Source of the DNA: Mobula birostris
Lineage: Eukaryota
Reading direction: 5' to 3'
Assembly: GCF_030028105.1 (NCBI RefSeq)
Contig: NC_092383.1
Coordinates: 87,811,921 to 87,875,920, forward strand
Length of the DNA stretch: 64,000 nucleotides
The notes beneath the pieces are model-generated. The model worked only from the letters and a program-made list of their open reading frames with translations, had not been told where the DNA came from and did no database searches. A program made the position numbers and the translations under genes. Within the stretch, counting starts at the first letter, position 1, and every line of letters begins with the position of its first letter. Shown here piece by piece: positions 50,721-62,902 of the stretch.

Positions 50721-51746
50721 TTAGTTTAAACCCTCCCGAACCACGCTAGCAAACCTACCTGCAAGGATATTGCTCCCCCTCGGGTTCAGGTGCAACCCAT
50801 CCAATCTGTACAGGTCCCACCTTCCCCAGAAGAGATCCCAATGATCTGAAAATCTAAAACCCTGCCCCCTGCACCAACTCCTCAGCCACGCATTCAACTG
50901 CCATCTCCTCCAATTCTTACCATCACTGTCACGTAGCACTGGCAGCAATCCTGAGAACGCCACCCTTGAGGTCCTGTTCTTCAGCCTCCTGCCTAGTTCA
51001 AGAAACTCACACTTCAGGACCTCATCCCTCTTCCTGCCTATGTCGTTAGTCCCAAAATGTATCACGACTTCTGGTTGCTTTCCCTCTCGTACCAGGATGT
51101 CGCGCACCCGGTCACAGACATCCCGGACCCTGGCACCCGGGAGGCAACAAACCATGCAGGTGACCTTCTCACGTCCACAAAATCTCCTGTCTGCTCCCCT
51201 GACTATAGAGTCTCCAATGACGACAGCTCTCCTCTTCTCCGTCCCACCCTTCTGCACCACAGGGTCAGACTCAGTGCCGGAGGCCCTGCCACCGTGGCTC
51301 ACACCTGGTCAGTCGTCCCCGCCAACAGTATCCAGGACGGTAAACTTATTATTCACGGGAATGGCTACAGGGGTGCTCTGCACTACCTGTCTGCTCACAT
51401 TCGCTTTCCCCCCTCTGACTGTCACCCAACGACCTGCTTCCGACAGCCCAGGTGTGACTACCTCCCTGTAGCTCTCATCTATGACTGCCTCATTCTCCCT
51501 TATGAGTCGGAGGTCATACAGCTGCTGCTCCAGATTCCTTACACGGTCTTCCAGATCGCCCAGCCGTATACACTTCTGGCAGATGTGACTCTGCGTGAGA
51601 GGGGAGTTCCCCCAAGACTGCCACATCTCACTTGAGAGGCACATCACCGTCTCAGGAGACATTGTAAAAACTAACTGTGAGCAAGCTTGTCCTCCGCCTC
51701 TTCTTGTCGAAGCCTCAAAGCTCCCCTCCTTCGCTGGCCCACTCAC
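50721..51746 (-). pseudogene. CR1 ORF1 (Cys-rich/coiled-coil N-terminus + SGNH esterase), one in-frame stop
   Basis: ORFs 51309-51746 and 50721-51302 are in the same frame, separated by the stop at 51309-51311; motifs GDSI, GTND, DGLHL. Confidence 0.9.
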
Positions 51747-54700
51747 TCACTGGCCACTTTCCACTGGCCGCTTCACTTGAGCTATCCCTCTATTTATCTG
51801 TTTGAACTTTTCAAAATGTTTGGTCACCTGACCTCGACTGCCCAAGGATGTACATCTTGTGACAGTTGGTGCAATTCCACCTTCCCCATAATATGCTGGT
51901 GCAATTCTACACTGTTATCTTAAAGAGCATACTCACATCAGCCACTTCCGCCTGGTTTGTGTAGCATCTCCTCACAATAAACAAAAGCTACAGTGAACTG
52001 TCACTTCAGATGAAAATATCCTTGGCTGCAGCCCACCATTACTGCAGGACTTGTAGGTGTCTCGGACAAAGAAGTGGGCAGGAAAATTAATTGCAGTCTC
52101 TACCCACCCAGCAAACTACTTTGACCTAAAGCTCCCTTCTGAGAAGCACGATAGGCCTTTAAAACAAAAGCTTTACACCATTTTAAAAGTTTCTTCCCCC
52201 AGGTAACTATCCTGGATTGCACCCCCACTCATCCCTGTGGCTGTACTAACTGTAAGCACTTCAAAACATTTTTTTAATGTTGTTTACATTGCAAGTATAT
52301 GCTGATATTTATTTATGCATGTTTTATTCCATATCTGTATTTTAAGTACCAATTTATTTTTATATTATGTATCATTATTATAATTTTTGAATGGCAATGT
52401 TTTCTTTTCTATCTCACCAACACACCACTGCAAATTCCGAATACATGTAAATCGATATGGAGAATAAAGCTGATCTTTGATTAACGCACAGAACCAGACT
52501 GAATGACAAGCTGGCATCCAGGGAAACAGGCATGGGCTTTAGTACGACTAAGGAGGGGGTGGTCATGATGTTCACCCCAGTAGGGAAGAGTTAGGGTACG
52601 GATGATCTGAAGCAAATCCTCAATCGACAGAGGTTCTGATAGCACTGGTTGGAAGGTGGAAGGCCTTCGAGTGGGTGGTGCAATTCCATGGAAGATTTTG
52701 TTTCGGTGCCGTGAGGAAGATTACCTAGTTCTTGGTGATAAGTCAAATTTATGGTCACATACACAAGTACTTTGATGTACAGTCACAAGGTAAAATCTGT
52801 TTGCAACAGCAACACGGCCATGTAGCTTTAGACAAACACAGAACAAAGAAACTGTGTAAAACAAGACATTAGAGCAAAACAAAAGCACAATTAGATACAG
52901 TCCATGGTAGTGCAAGGGATGGTCCACTGTGTTCTGTTGCTGAGGTAGAAATAAGCCCATGCAGGCTGGTTCAAGACCCTGATAGTCACAGGAAAGTTGC
53001 CGCTCTGGAACTTGATGGGGTGGGATATCAGGTTTCAAAATCATTCTTCATAGTAGCAGTGAAAAGAGGGCATGACTGAATGTTGTCATGGCGAGTTCCC
53101 ATAACCATTGGCCTCACTGTCAAGGACTCTTCATCTCATGTTCTTGACACTTATTGCTTATTTATTTATAGACATAGAAACATAGAAAACCCTCAATACA
53201 ATACAGGCCCTTCGGCCCACAAAGCTGTGCCAAACGTGTCCTTACCTTACAAATTACCTAGGGTTACCCATAGCCCTCTATTTTTCTAAGCTCCATGTAC
53301 CTATCCAGGAGACTCTTAAAAGAGACTTAAATTTATTATTGTTATTTCTTTCTCTTTCTATTTACACAGTTTGTTGTCCTTCTGCACACTGGTTAAACAC
53401 CCAGTTGGTGTGGTCTTTATCCACTGCTCGATTCACTTTATACTTATGCCTGTTTGCCTAAGCATGGCTCCAATGCCATATTCAAGTTTCCTGATGACAC
53501 TCCTGTCGTTGGCTGAATCAAAGGTGGTGATGAATCAGCATATAGAGGGAGATTGAATATCTGGCTGAGTGGTGGCATAACAACAACCTCATAGCATGTC
53601 CGCAAGTTCAAGGAGCTGATCATTGACTTCAGGAGGAGGAAACCAGAGGTCCATGGGCCAGTCTCCACCATTGCAAATTGTGAACAGTGGTGGTGAGGGC
53701 TTTACCCATGATCGACTGGGCATATCTACATGAAACGTTGTCACAAGAACGTAGCATCCGTTATCAGGGATCTTTACCATCCAGGACATGCTCTCTTCTC
53801 ACTGCTGCTATCAGGAAGAAGATACAGGAGCAACAGGATCCAATACCACCACCAGGTTCAGGGACTCTTATTACCCCTCAACCATCGGGCTCCTAAACCA
53901 GGGGGATAACATCACTTTCCCCATCATTGAAACGCTCCCACAACCTATCGACTCACTTTCAAGGACACTTCATCGCATCTTTTCGATAATTATAGCTTAG
54001 TATTTCTTTCTTTTGGCATTTGCACATTTTGTTAACTTCTGCACACAGGTTGAACACCCAAGAGGTCTCTCATTGATTCTGTTATGGTTATTATTCTATT
54101 ATAGATTTATTGAATAAACCCACTGAATGGACGTTGATAACAAATTTACTTTGCATTTGAACTTTTTTCGCTCTCTCCTTGCACCCAAGGCTATTAGCCA
54201 TATGGGCAGGGGTTTCAGTGCATGTACAGTAATCACCAGGGTCCACAAGCCCCCCATTCTGTATATTCAGAAGCTCTCTCGATGGAGATCAGCTGGCTGT
54301 GTGAGTAAGTGTGTCTGAGCCAAAGCTATCTCATGCCACCTCCTTGCGCTCTTGATTTCCTTCTTAATCATACACCTGCATCTCCTTTACTGACAGATCC
54401 CAGTTGTTCCATGTATCTTTCTTTCCTCCTGACCAGGGCTCTCATGATTAAGAATTCTTTATTCCTGCCAGCCATGACAATACTCCAATGGGATTATGGA
54501 TTATTTCACTTTTACAAAATTCCCACTTGTCTGTCGCCCCCATTGCCTGCAAACAAACTACTCCAATCAACTTTCTTGGGTCAGCCATCACACCCTCTTC
54601 AGATATGACACTGGTGTGAACTCCTCGCATTGCTCACTGGAAAGTGAAGTTTTTTATTATCTAACATAATAACATGCAGAGTATCTAATAAATTGGCCAC

Positions 54701-57511
54701 TGAGTATATTTCCCAGAAAAAAACCTGCTCACATGAGCAAGTTCCTGGGTAGGCTCCATAGCGTGTTGCTCTGAAATTATTTCCTAATGTACTCTACAAT
54801 TTTTTTCTCTTTGAAACCCTCGTCAGTTTGGTGCTTGCAATCAATATGAAGGAGCTGGTCATTGATATTAGAAAGTAGGATGCAGTACATGATTGTATCT
54901 GTATCACTAATGCAGAGTTGGAGATGGGTGAGAACTTCAGTCACAGCTGTAGATATCACTAAGAATTTGTCCTGGCCCCTCCATATAGATGCTACAATAA
55001 CAAAGCACATTGACCTGCTACTTCATCAGAAGCTTAAGGGAATTTGGCATCTCTAAAGACTCTCGTCAATTTTTGCTGATGCACCACAGAAAGCATCCTG
55101 TTTGGATGAATCACTATTTTTATAGCAACTGCTCTGCCGAAGACCACAAGAGCTGTGAACACAGTTCAATCCATCAGTAAAACCAGTCTCCCTTCTGTGG
55201 TCTCTCTCTGTACTTCTGTCTCTTGTCTCTGGCTCATGAAAGCATCCATCAAAACTCAAGGACCCCTTTCACCCTGATAATTTGCTCTTCTCCCTCCTCC
55301 TGTCTATCAGAAAGTGCAAATGCTTGAGAGCGTGTACCACCAGGCTCAAGGACACCTTCTGTACCACTGTGAACAGATCCTGAGCAGACCTTTCAGATAC
55401 TCAAAGCTGAACCTCAGATCTTCCAATCTACCTCATTGTGTTCCTTGCATTTCCCTGCAACTGCATATTACAGTCTGCATTCTGATTTCTTTTTACTGCC
55501 CTGACATACTGATGTAGAGAATGATCTGTCTGGAGGGAGTTCAAACAAAAGCTTTCCACTGGATCTCGGTACATGTGACAATAATCAAACAATTCCAATT
55601 CCCACTAAACGTTCCTGTGACTATTGCAGTTCCCATCAAACATGCCCTAGTGATTTCCACATTTACGCTCTGCACTAACATAGGGCCACATTTTGGAAGG
55701 GTGTAGAAAACTCTTGTCTTAGCCTTGTACTTTGGAATTTTAACCCATTCTGACTCTATGTTACTACCCACAGACTCAACCCTAACAACTCAACACCACT
55801 CTGACATCTTTCCTGATTAATAACACATACACCATCGCCTTTCCTTTATGTCCATTTGTTTTGGAACATTCTGCATGAATGAGTACTCAGTTCTGTTCAC
55901 TCTGTAAACATACAATTTCCCCCAAGCCTCTCATAATCCTTCATCAGAAACTCCATCCTAGTCCCACCTTTATCCTCAGTACCAATGTTGATCATGGCAT
56001 CGTACCCCTCCCCTAATCTCAACTTTTTCTTCAGCTCAGAAGGAATGTCCTTCACCCTAACAGCACACAGACAACACAGCTTGTGGAATTCTGAAAGTAC
56101 TAAAAGAAGTTTAATAACGTGCATAAGAGTAAGAAGGAATCTCATCCCTTTTGTTACACCATTCCATTACTAATGATCTATTATCTCTCTCAACCCCATT
56201 CTCCTATCTTCTCCCTGTAACCTTTGACAATGCAGATCAACCAAGAACCTGCAAACCCCTGAACTTAAATATACCCCATCACCTGGCTTCGACAGATATC
56301 TGTTGCAATGAACTACACAGTTTTTTTTAATATTCATTTAGTTTCAGTGAGACCTCCCCACATCATTTTTCCAAACATCAGCAAGTATAAGCCCAGAGCA
56401 ATCAAATGCAACTTAAATGTTAATGCTTTCATTCCCAGAATCATTCTTGTGATCCTCTCCAATCCCAGCACAACTTTTCTTCAATAAGAGGCCTAAAACT
56501 GCTCACAATACTCTGTGCGATCTGACCAATGGCCTTATGAAGACATGGTGTTACATCATTGCTTTTATATTCTTGTCCTCTCAATTGCCTTCCATGCCAT
56601 TTCCTCAAACTGCAAGTTAACCTTTAAGGAATTCTGCAAAAGGAATCCCAAGTCCCTTTGTACCTCTCATTTTTGAATTTTCTCCTCATTTAGAAAATAG
56701 TCTATGTCTTTGTCTGTCTAAAACCTTGTGCAGGTTCCCCGCCTCCTCAAAATTACCTGTCTTTTCACCTATCTTTAAATCGTCTGTAAATCTGGCCACA
56801 AAGCAATCAATTCCGTCATCCAAATCATTGGCATATAATGTGAAAAGAAGTGGACCCAAAATCAAACCCTGTGAAACACCACTAGTCACCAGCAGCTTAC
56901 CAGATACGTCCCCCTTTATTCCCACTCTTGCCCCCTGCCATTCAGCCCATAATCCATTTATGCTGGTATCTTTCCTTCAATACCACAGGCATTTAACTTG
57001 TTATCAACTTCATGCCTGGTTCCTTGTCAAAGGCCTTTTGAAAATCCAAGCAAACAACATCCACTGACTCTCCTTTGTGTATCCTGTTTGTTATTTCCTC
57101 AAAGAATTGCAACAGGTATTTCAGGCAAAATTTCCCCTTTCCTCTAACCTCTATCCTCGAAAGTACAAAGAAATATAAAATTATTTATTTATTCTAATTG
57201 TTAAGGGTTCTTTCTTCATTGCATGTTGCATCAACACACACCACAGTAAATTCCAAATATGTGCAAATAAAATTTATCCTTGATCCATGATACCCAACTC
57301 ATGGGGTTTAGCCATTTGAAGATGGCTTCAGCAGGAAGGCACTGCAGTGAATCACCAGCCTAAACAGTATTACTCAAAACCCTGGTGTAGATTTGAACCA
57401 AGAATCTCCCCGCACATTGCCAGAGACATTCCAACTGGGGCACTGCTGATACATAATGGAGATAGAAATTGCTTTGAGACATTCAGTGTTCAGATATTTG
57501 ATCTACTTTAG

Positions 57512-57632
57512 CTCCAGAAGAAGAAATTTCCACAAAAAGCGTATGGACCACGTGGACCACCTCACCTCAGAATGGGATGCACACCAGGAAAGGAGAATCC
57601 ACTGACACATCAGTTTCCTTACATCCGATCAG
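57512..57632 (+). CDS. Gene 2, Ser/Thr-rich stalk exon
   Basis: Acceptor ctactttag, donor GTTAGT at 57633; 121 nt, phase 1-2; (A)PEEEISTKSVWTTWTTSPQNGMHTRKGESTDTSVSLHPI; paralogue of 15524-15650 with in-frame indels only. Confidence 0.75.
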
Positions 57633-60600
57633 GTTAGTCATTTCATGGGACAATTCAGCTTTACCTCAGCATTACAGTACTCAGAGAACAACTCACAGTA
57701 AATATCAGAGGAAAGTGTAGCTTTACAGTAATACAGTGAAACTCACATGAAATGCTGGAGGAACTCAGCAGGTCAAGCAGGATCTATGGAAATGAATTAA
57801 CAGTCGCCATCTTGGGCCAAAATCTTTCATCAGGACTAGAGAGGAATGGAGAAGATACCAGAATAGGAAGGTGGGGGAGGAGTGTATGGAAGGAGGGCAA
57901 GCTAGTAGTACATGATAGGTGAAGCCAGTTGAGTATGGCGGGGTGCAAGTGGGGTGAAGTAGGAAGCTTGCAGTGATAAGTAGAAATGAGACCGGGCTGG
58001 AGAACAAGGAGTCTGAGAGGAGAGGAGCGTACATCATGAGGATCATGGGGAAAATAGAAGGAGGAGGAGATTCAGACAGTGGAGATAGGCAGGTGATGAG
58101 AAGAGGTGGCAAAGACTTATAATTTCCCTGGTCCAGATGATCTGCATCCTAGGGTACTAAAGGAGGTGGGTACTAAATTAATGGGGTGTCATGGTTGTGT
58201 AGCAGTTAGATTAACACTATTACAGCTCCAGAAACTCAGGTTCAATTCCCGTCGCTGTCTGTAAGGCGTTAGTACATTCTCCCTGCGATCGCGTGGGTGT
58301 TCCAGATTCTTCCCACTTTCAAAATATATGTGTGTTAAGGTTGGTGAGTTGTGGGCACTGGAAACATGGCAACACTTGCAGGCTGGCCCCATCATATCCT
58401 TGGGTTGTGTTGGTTGCTGAAGCAAACAACGTATTTCGCTATGTTTCAATGATAATATGACAAATAAAGTTAATCTTTATAAAGATATTTAATGTTTGTA
58501 TTGGCATGGAGAGAGAAATGATCAACAGGTAGGAAGCAGTGAATAGGGACAATGGGGTCAACTTCAAATTACAGGGCAGTGCCACAAGGCTGATGTTTGC
58601 AATGTTTGCCCTCCTGCTTCAAAACATCCACCATTATTCCTGTACCTAAAAAGACAAAGGTAACATGTCTGAATGACTAGTGTCTTGTTGCACTCACCTC
58701 AATAATAAACAAATTCTTTGAGAGGCTGGTCCAGGACTACACCTGCAGCACACTACCACCCGTACTGGACACCCTGCAATTCACCTACCGGCACAACTGA
58801 TCGACAGATGACACAATAGCCACAGCTATACACACCATCCTTACACATCTGGAGATGAAGGATTTTATAAGAGAGAATGCTGTTCTTAGACTACAGTTCA
58901 GCATTCAACACCATAATTCCCTTCAAGCTGGACAAGAAGCTCAGAGACCTCGGCCTTCACCCTGCCTTGTGCAGCTGGATCCTGGACTTCCTGTCACCTC
59001 TGCCCCTCTGACCCTCAACACAGGAGCCCTTCAGGGCTGTATTCTAAGCTCTTCCTTTACTCTCTGTACACTATGACTGTGCCACCACCCACAGCTCCAA
59101 TCTGCTAATTAAATTTGCTGATGATACTACATTGATTGGCCTTATCTCAAATAATAATGAGGCAACCTACAGAGAAGAAGTCATCACCCTGACACAGTGG
59201 TGTCAAGAGAACAACCTCTTCCTCAATGTTACAATAACAAAGGAGCTGATTGTGGACAACAGGAGAAATGGAGACAGACTAACCCTTATTGACATCAATG
59301 GATCTGGGGTTGAGAGGGTGAACAGCTTTAAGTTCCTCAGTTTGTGTGGTGAAAAAAGCACAACAGTGCCTCTTTCACCTCAGACAGTTAAAGAAGTTTG
59401 GCATGAGTCCCCAAATCGTAAGGAGTTTCTCCAGGGGCACAATTGAGAGCATCCTGACTGGCTGCATCACTGCCTGGTTGGGAGATGTACTTCCCTCAAT
59501 GGCAGGACTCTGCAGAGGGTGGTGCGGACAGCTCAACGCATCTGTACATGTGAACTTCCCACTATTCAGGATCTTTACCAAGACAGGTGCCTAAAAAGGG
59601 CCGGAAGGATCATTGAGTATGCCAACCACAAACTGTTTCAGGTGCTATCATCGGGGAAATGGTACCGCAGCATTAAAGCCAGGAACAACAGGCACTCACA
59701 CCAGGCCATCAGACTGACTAATTCAGGCTGATGCAATTGTATTTCTATGCTAGATTGCCTGTCCTGTTCTACATACTATAAATTACACATTGCACATTTA
59801 GACAGAGACATAACGTAAAGATTTTAACTCCTCATGTATATGAATGATGTAAGAAATAAATTCAATTCAATTCCAATATACGGTACAGTAGCCACCCCTA
59901 CAGGCAATGTTTTGATCACCTTCCTACAGAAAAGGTGCCAATAAGGTTGAAAGAGTACAGAAAAAAAATTCAAGGATGTTGCCAGGATGGGAAGAGTTAT
60001 ATGGGGAGATTGAATAGGTTAGGACTTTATTTCTTGGAAAGTATGTGGTGTATAGATAGGATAAATGCAAGTAGTTTTTTTTTCCACTGAAGTTGGGTGC
60101 AACTGCAACTAGAGATTATGGGTTAAGGGTGAAAGGTGAAATGTTTAAGGGAAACATGACAGGAAACATCTTCACTCAGAGTGTTGTGAGTGTGTGGCAT
60201 GAGCTACCAGTGCAAGTGATGTATGCGAGCTCAATTTCAATGTTTAAGAGAAGTTTAGATAGCTACGTGGATGGGAGGGGTATGGCAGGCTATGACCCAG
60301 ATGCAGGCCAATGGGAGTAGACAGCTTAAATGGTTTGGCATGGACTGGATGGGCCAAAGGGCCTGTTTCTCTCCTGTACTTTTCTACTTCACTATGACTC
60401 AATGTAAAGATAGGCAGGAAAGTAAGCTGTGAGGTGGGTAATAATTCACAGAGATTCTGAAAGATTAAACGAGTGGACGAAGATGTGAAGTTGATACTTT
60501 GGAAAGATGAGCAAAAGAACATTAAAGCTATTTGAGTAGAGAAGAAACTGCAGAAAGTTGCAGTGTTAAAAGGTTTGGGTATCCTTGTGCACAGAAAGCC

Positions 60601-62306
60601 AGCACATAGTGAATCAGGATGGGAAGACTAATGGACTGTTAGCCCTTTCTTCACCAGGGTTGGAGTATCATGGCAGGGAAGTCTTCTGGTTGCTAATGAG
60701 ACCTCATTGAGAGTATCGTGAATAATTTTGATCTTCCTATTTATGAAAAGATTTCATGAAGGCAGTTCAAAGAAGGATCTCTGGGATGTTCCTGGAGGGA
60801 TCCTGGAGGCCTGGAGGGGTTGTCCAACAAAGTTAAAAGTTCAGCATTTTGCAACACTAGACTTTGATGCATACTCTAATGAGTGTGCAGTCTAGTTTTA
60901 GAAGGATGCAAGATGATCTTATTAAAATATATAAAATTTTTTCTGGGGGTGATCAACATCAATTGTGAGAGGGGAGCACAAAAGACTGCAGATGCTGGAA
61001 TCTGAATGAAAAAATAGCAAGCCCCTGGAGGAACACAATATGTCAAGTTGCCAAACCTCTGCATCAGGGGTGAGAGAGTAAAGAGCAGACCGCCAGTATA
61101 AATAGGTGAGAGTGGTAGGGGTAGATACGTGATAGGTAGGACCAGATGATGTGGGGTTAATGGGCAGGTAAGGGTGGGGGACAGGAGAGTTGAGACACAA
61201 GAGGCTGCTGGGTGATCGGGAAGAAGAGATAAGGACCTAAAAAAAGTCAGGTGGAGTCAAGTGGGTGAAGTCAGAGGCTGGAGGGTGATAAGTGGAACTT
61301 GATGAAAGTATGATAGCCAGTTAGAACCAGATAGGGAGGAAAGCAATACAGAGGGTAAGGCCAAGGGAAAAGAAACCCAGGTGGATAAGTGTATAAGTGA
61401 GTAATGGGCAGGGGGAGAGGGAAAGGTGAGTAGAGGGAGAGGGAATGAGGATTGGTGGGATTGGGAAGGAACATGAAGGTGTTGATCAGTCTATTGTCTT
61501 GGGAGAAGTAACTGGTTTTGAGTCCAGTGGTCCCGGTGTGGATATTGTATAGTCTCTTTCCTAATGGGAGTGAGACGAAGAGATGGACAGGATGGCTGTG
61601 ATCCTTCATAATATTGCTGGCCTTTTACCAGTACCTTTCTGTACGTACTGCATGTCCTTGAAAAGCATCGGGAAAAGGCTAGCAATATCATGAAGGAACA
61701 TTCTACAGGGATCTGCCATTTACTGTGTAAGTCTTGCCTTGGTTTAGCTTCCCAAAATGTAACACTTCACACTATTCCTAATTAAATTCTATCTGCTATT
61801 CTTTGCCCCACTCTCCAAATCGATGAAGATCCTGTTATAATCAAAGAAAACTTCTTTATTGTCCACTAAACACCAATTTTAGTGTCATCTGCCTGGAAAC
61901 TATATGAGTCGTGCCAACTACTTGCTCATCCAAATGGTTAATATGGACAACAAACAAGTGGGTACATAGCACCATTTCCTGCGGTGCAGGGCTCAGTACT
62001 GAAAAATAACCCTCCAATTCATCCCTCTGACTCCATCCACCAGAACAATTCTATATCCTCCACTTCAGCTGGCTGCAAATTCTACACTCTCACCAACCTC
62101 TGATTGAAGAAGTTCACCCTCATATTCCCCTTAAACATTTCACTGTTCACACCTAACCCATGACCTCAAGTTCTAGTCTCACCCAACTTCAGTGGAAAAT
62201 AGCTTGTGAGCATTTACCCTGTCTAAACCCCTCATAATTTTGTAAACCTCTATCAAGTCTCGCTTCATTTCTCAATGCAACAGGGAATGAAGTCCTAACA
62301 TTTTCA

Positions 62307-62712
62307 TATACCGTCTAGGTAGTCTCCAGCCCCTTGGTATGAACATAGAATTCTCCAACTTCTGGTAATTCCCTCCCGCTCCCCTCCTCTATCCCTATGT
62401 CACTCTGCCCCCTCCTCCAGCTGCCTATCACCTCCCTCATGGTTCCGCCTCCTTCTACTACCCATTGTGATTTCTTCTATTCCTTCCTCACCTCCCTGCT
62501 TCCCCTCCCCCATCCCTTTATCCTTTCCCTTACTGGTTTTTCACCTGGAACCTACCAGCCTTCTCCTCTCCACCCTCCCCCCACCTCCTTTATAGGGCCT
62601 CTGCCCCTTCCCTCTACAGCCCTGACGAAGGGTTCCGGCCCGAAACGCCGACCGATCTTTTCCACGGATGCTGCCCGACCTGCTGAGTTCCTCCAGCGTG
62701 TGTGAGTGTTAC
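62307..62712 (+). mobile_element. 5'-truncated Penelope-like element, specific to gene 2
   Basis: Flanked by 13-bp direct repeat CCTAACATTTTCA (62294-62306, 62713-62725); pyrimidine-rich body, hammerhead-like 3' motif; single empty site at ~21267 in gene 1. Confidence 0.8.
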
Positions 62713-62794
62713 CCTAACATTTTCAACCTCTCCCTACACTGTTTTGCTTACTGATTACTCTGTGAGCAATAATTATATTTTCTTGGTCCATCAG

Positions 62795-62902
62795 GAACAC
62801 CGAGCAGAAAATTCACTACATTTGGGCTCTGACCCGCTGGATAGTCTTTGGAGTTCTGGTTCTTTGCACCGTTTCAATACTTTGCATGACAGCTTTTCAA
62901 AG
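62795..62902 (+). CDS. Gene 2, transmembrane exon (uses a shifted acceptor)
   Basis: The position equivalent to the gene 1 acceptor reads TGG. The AG at 62793-62794 gives a 108-nt phase 2-2 exon, (R)NTEQKIHYIWALTRWIVFGVLVLCTVSILCMTAFQ(R), with donor GTATAT at 62903. Confidence 0.65.

Larger units (their letters stand above)
47737..51844 (-). mobile_element. Near full-length CR1 LINE (~4.1 kb)
   Basis: ORF1 and ORF2 in order on the minus strand, (TTCTATG)-like 3' tail at 47737-47760, flanked by AGGAT at 47732-47736 and 51845-51849; interrupts a Rex fragment. Confidence 0.95.
46413..55450 (+). repeat. Second, V-less arm of the duplication within gene 2
   Basis: Matches 35493-38612 (with extra insertions at ~46460-47150 and 47737-51844), then jumps at ~54572 to the equivalent of ~45548/12325, skipping the V exon. 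Confidence 0.85.
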
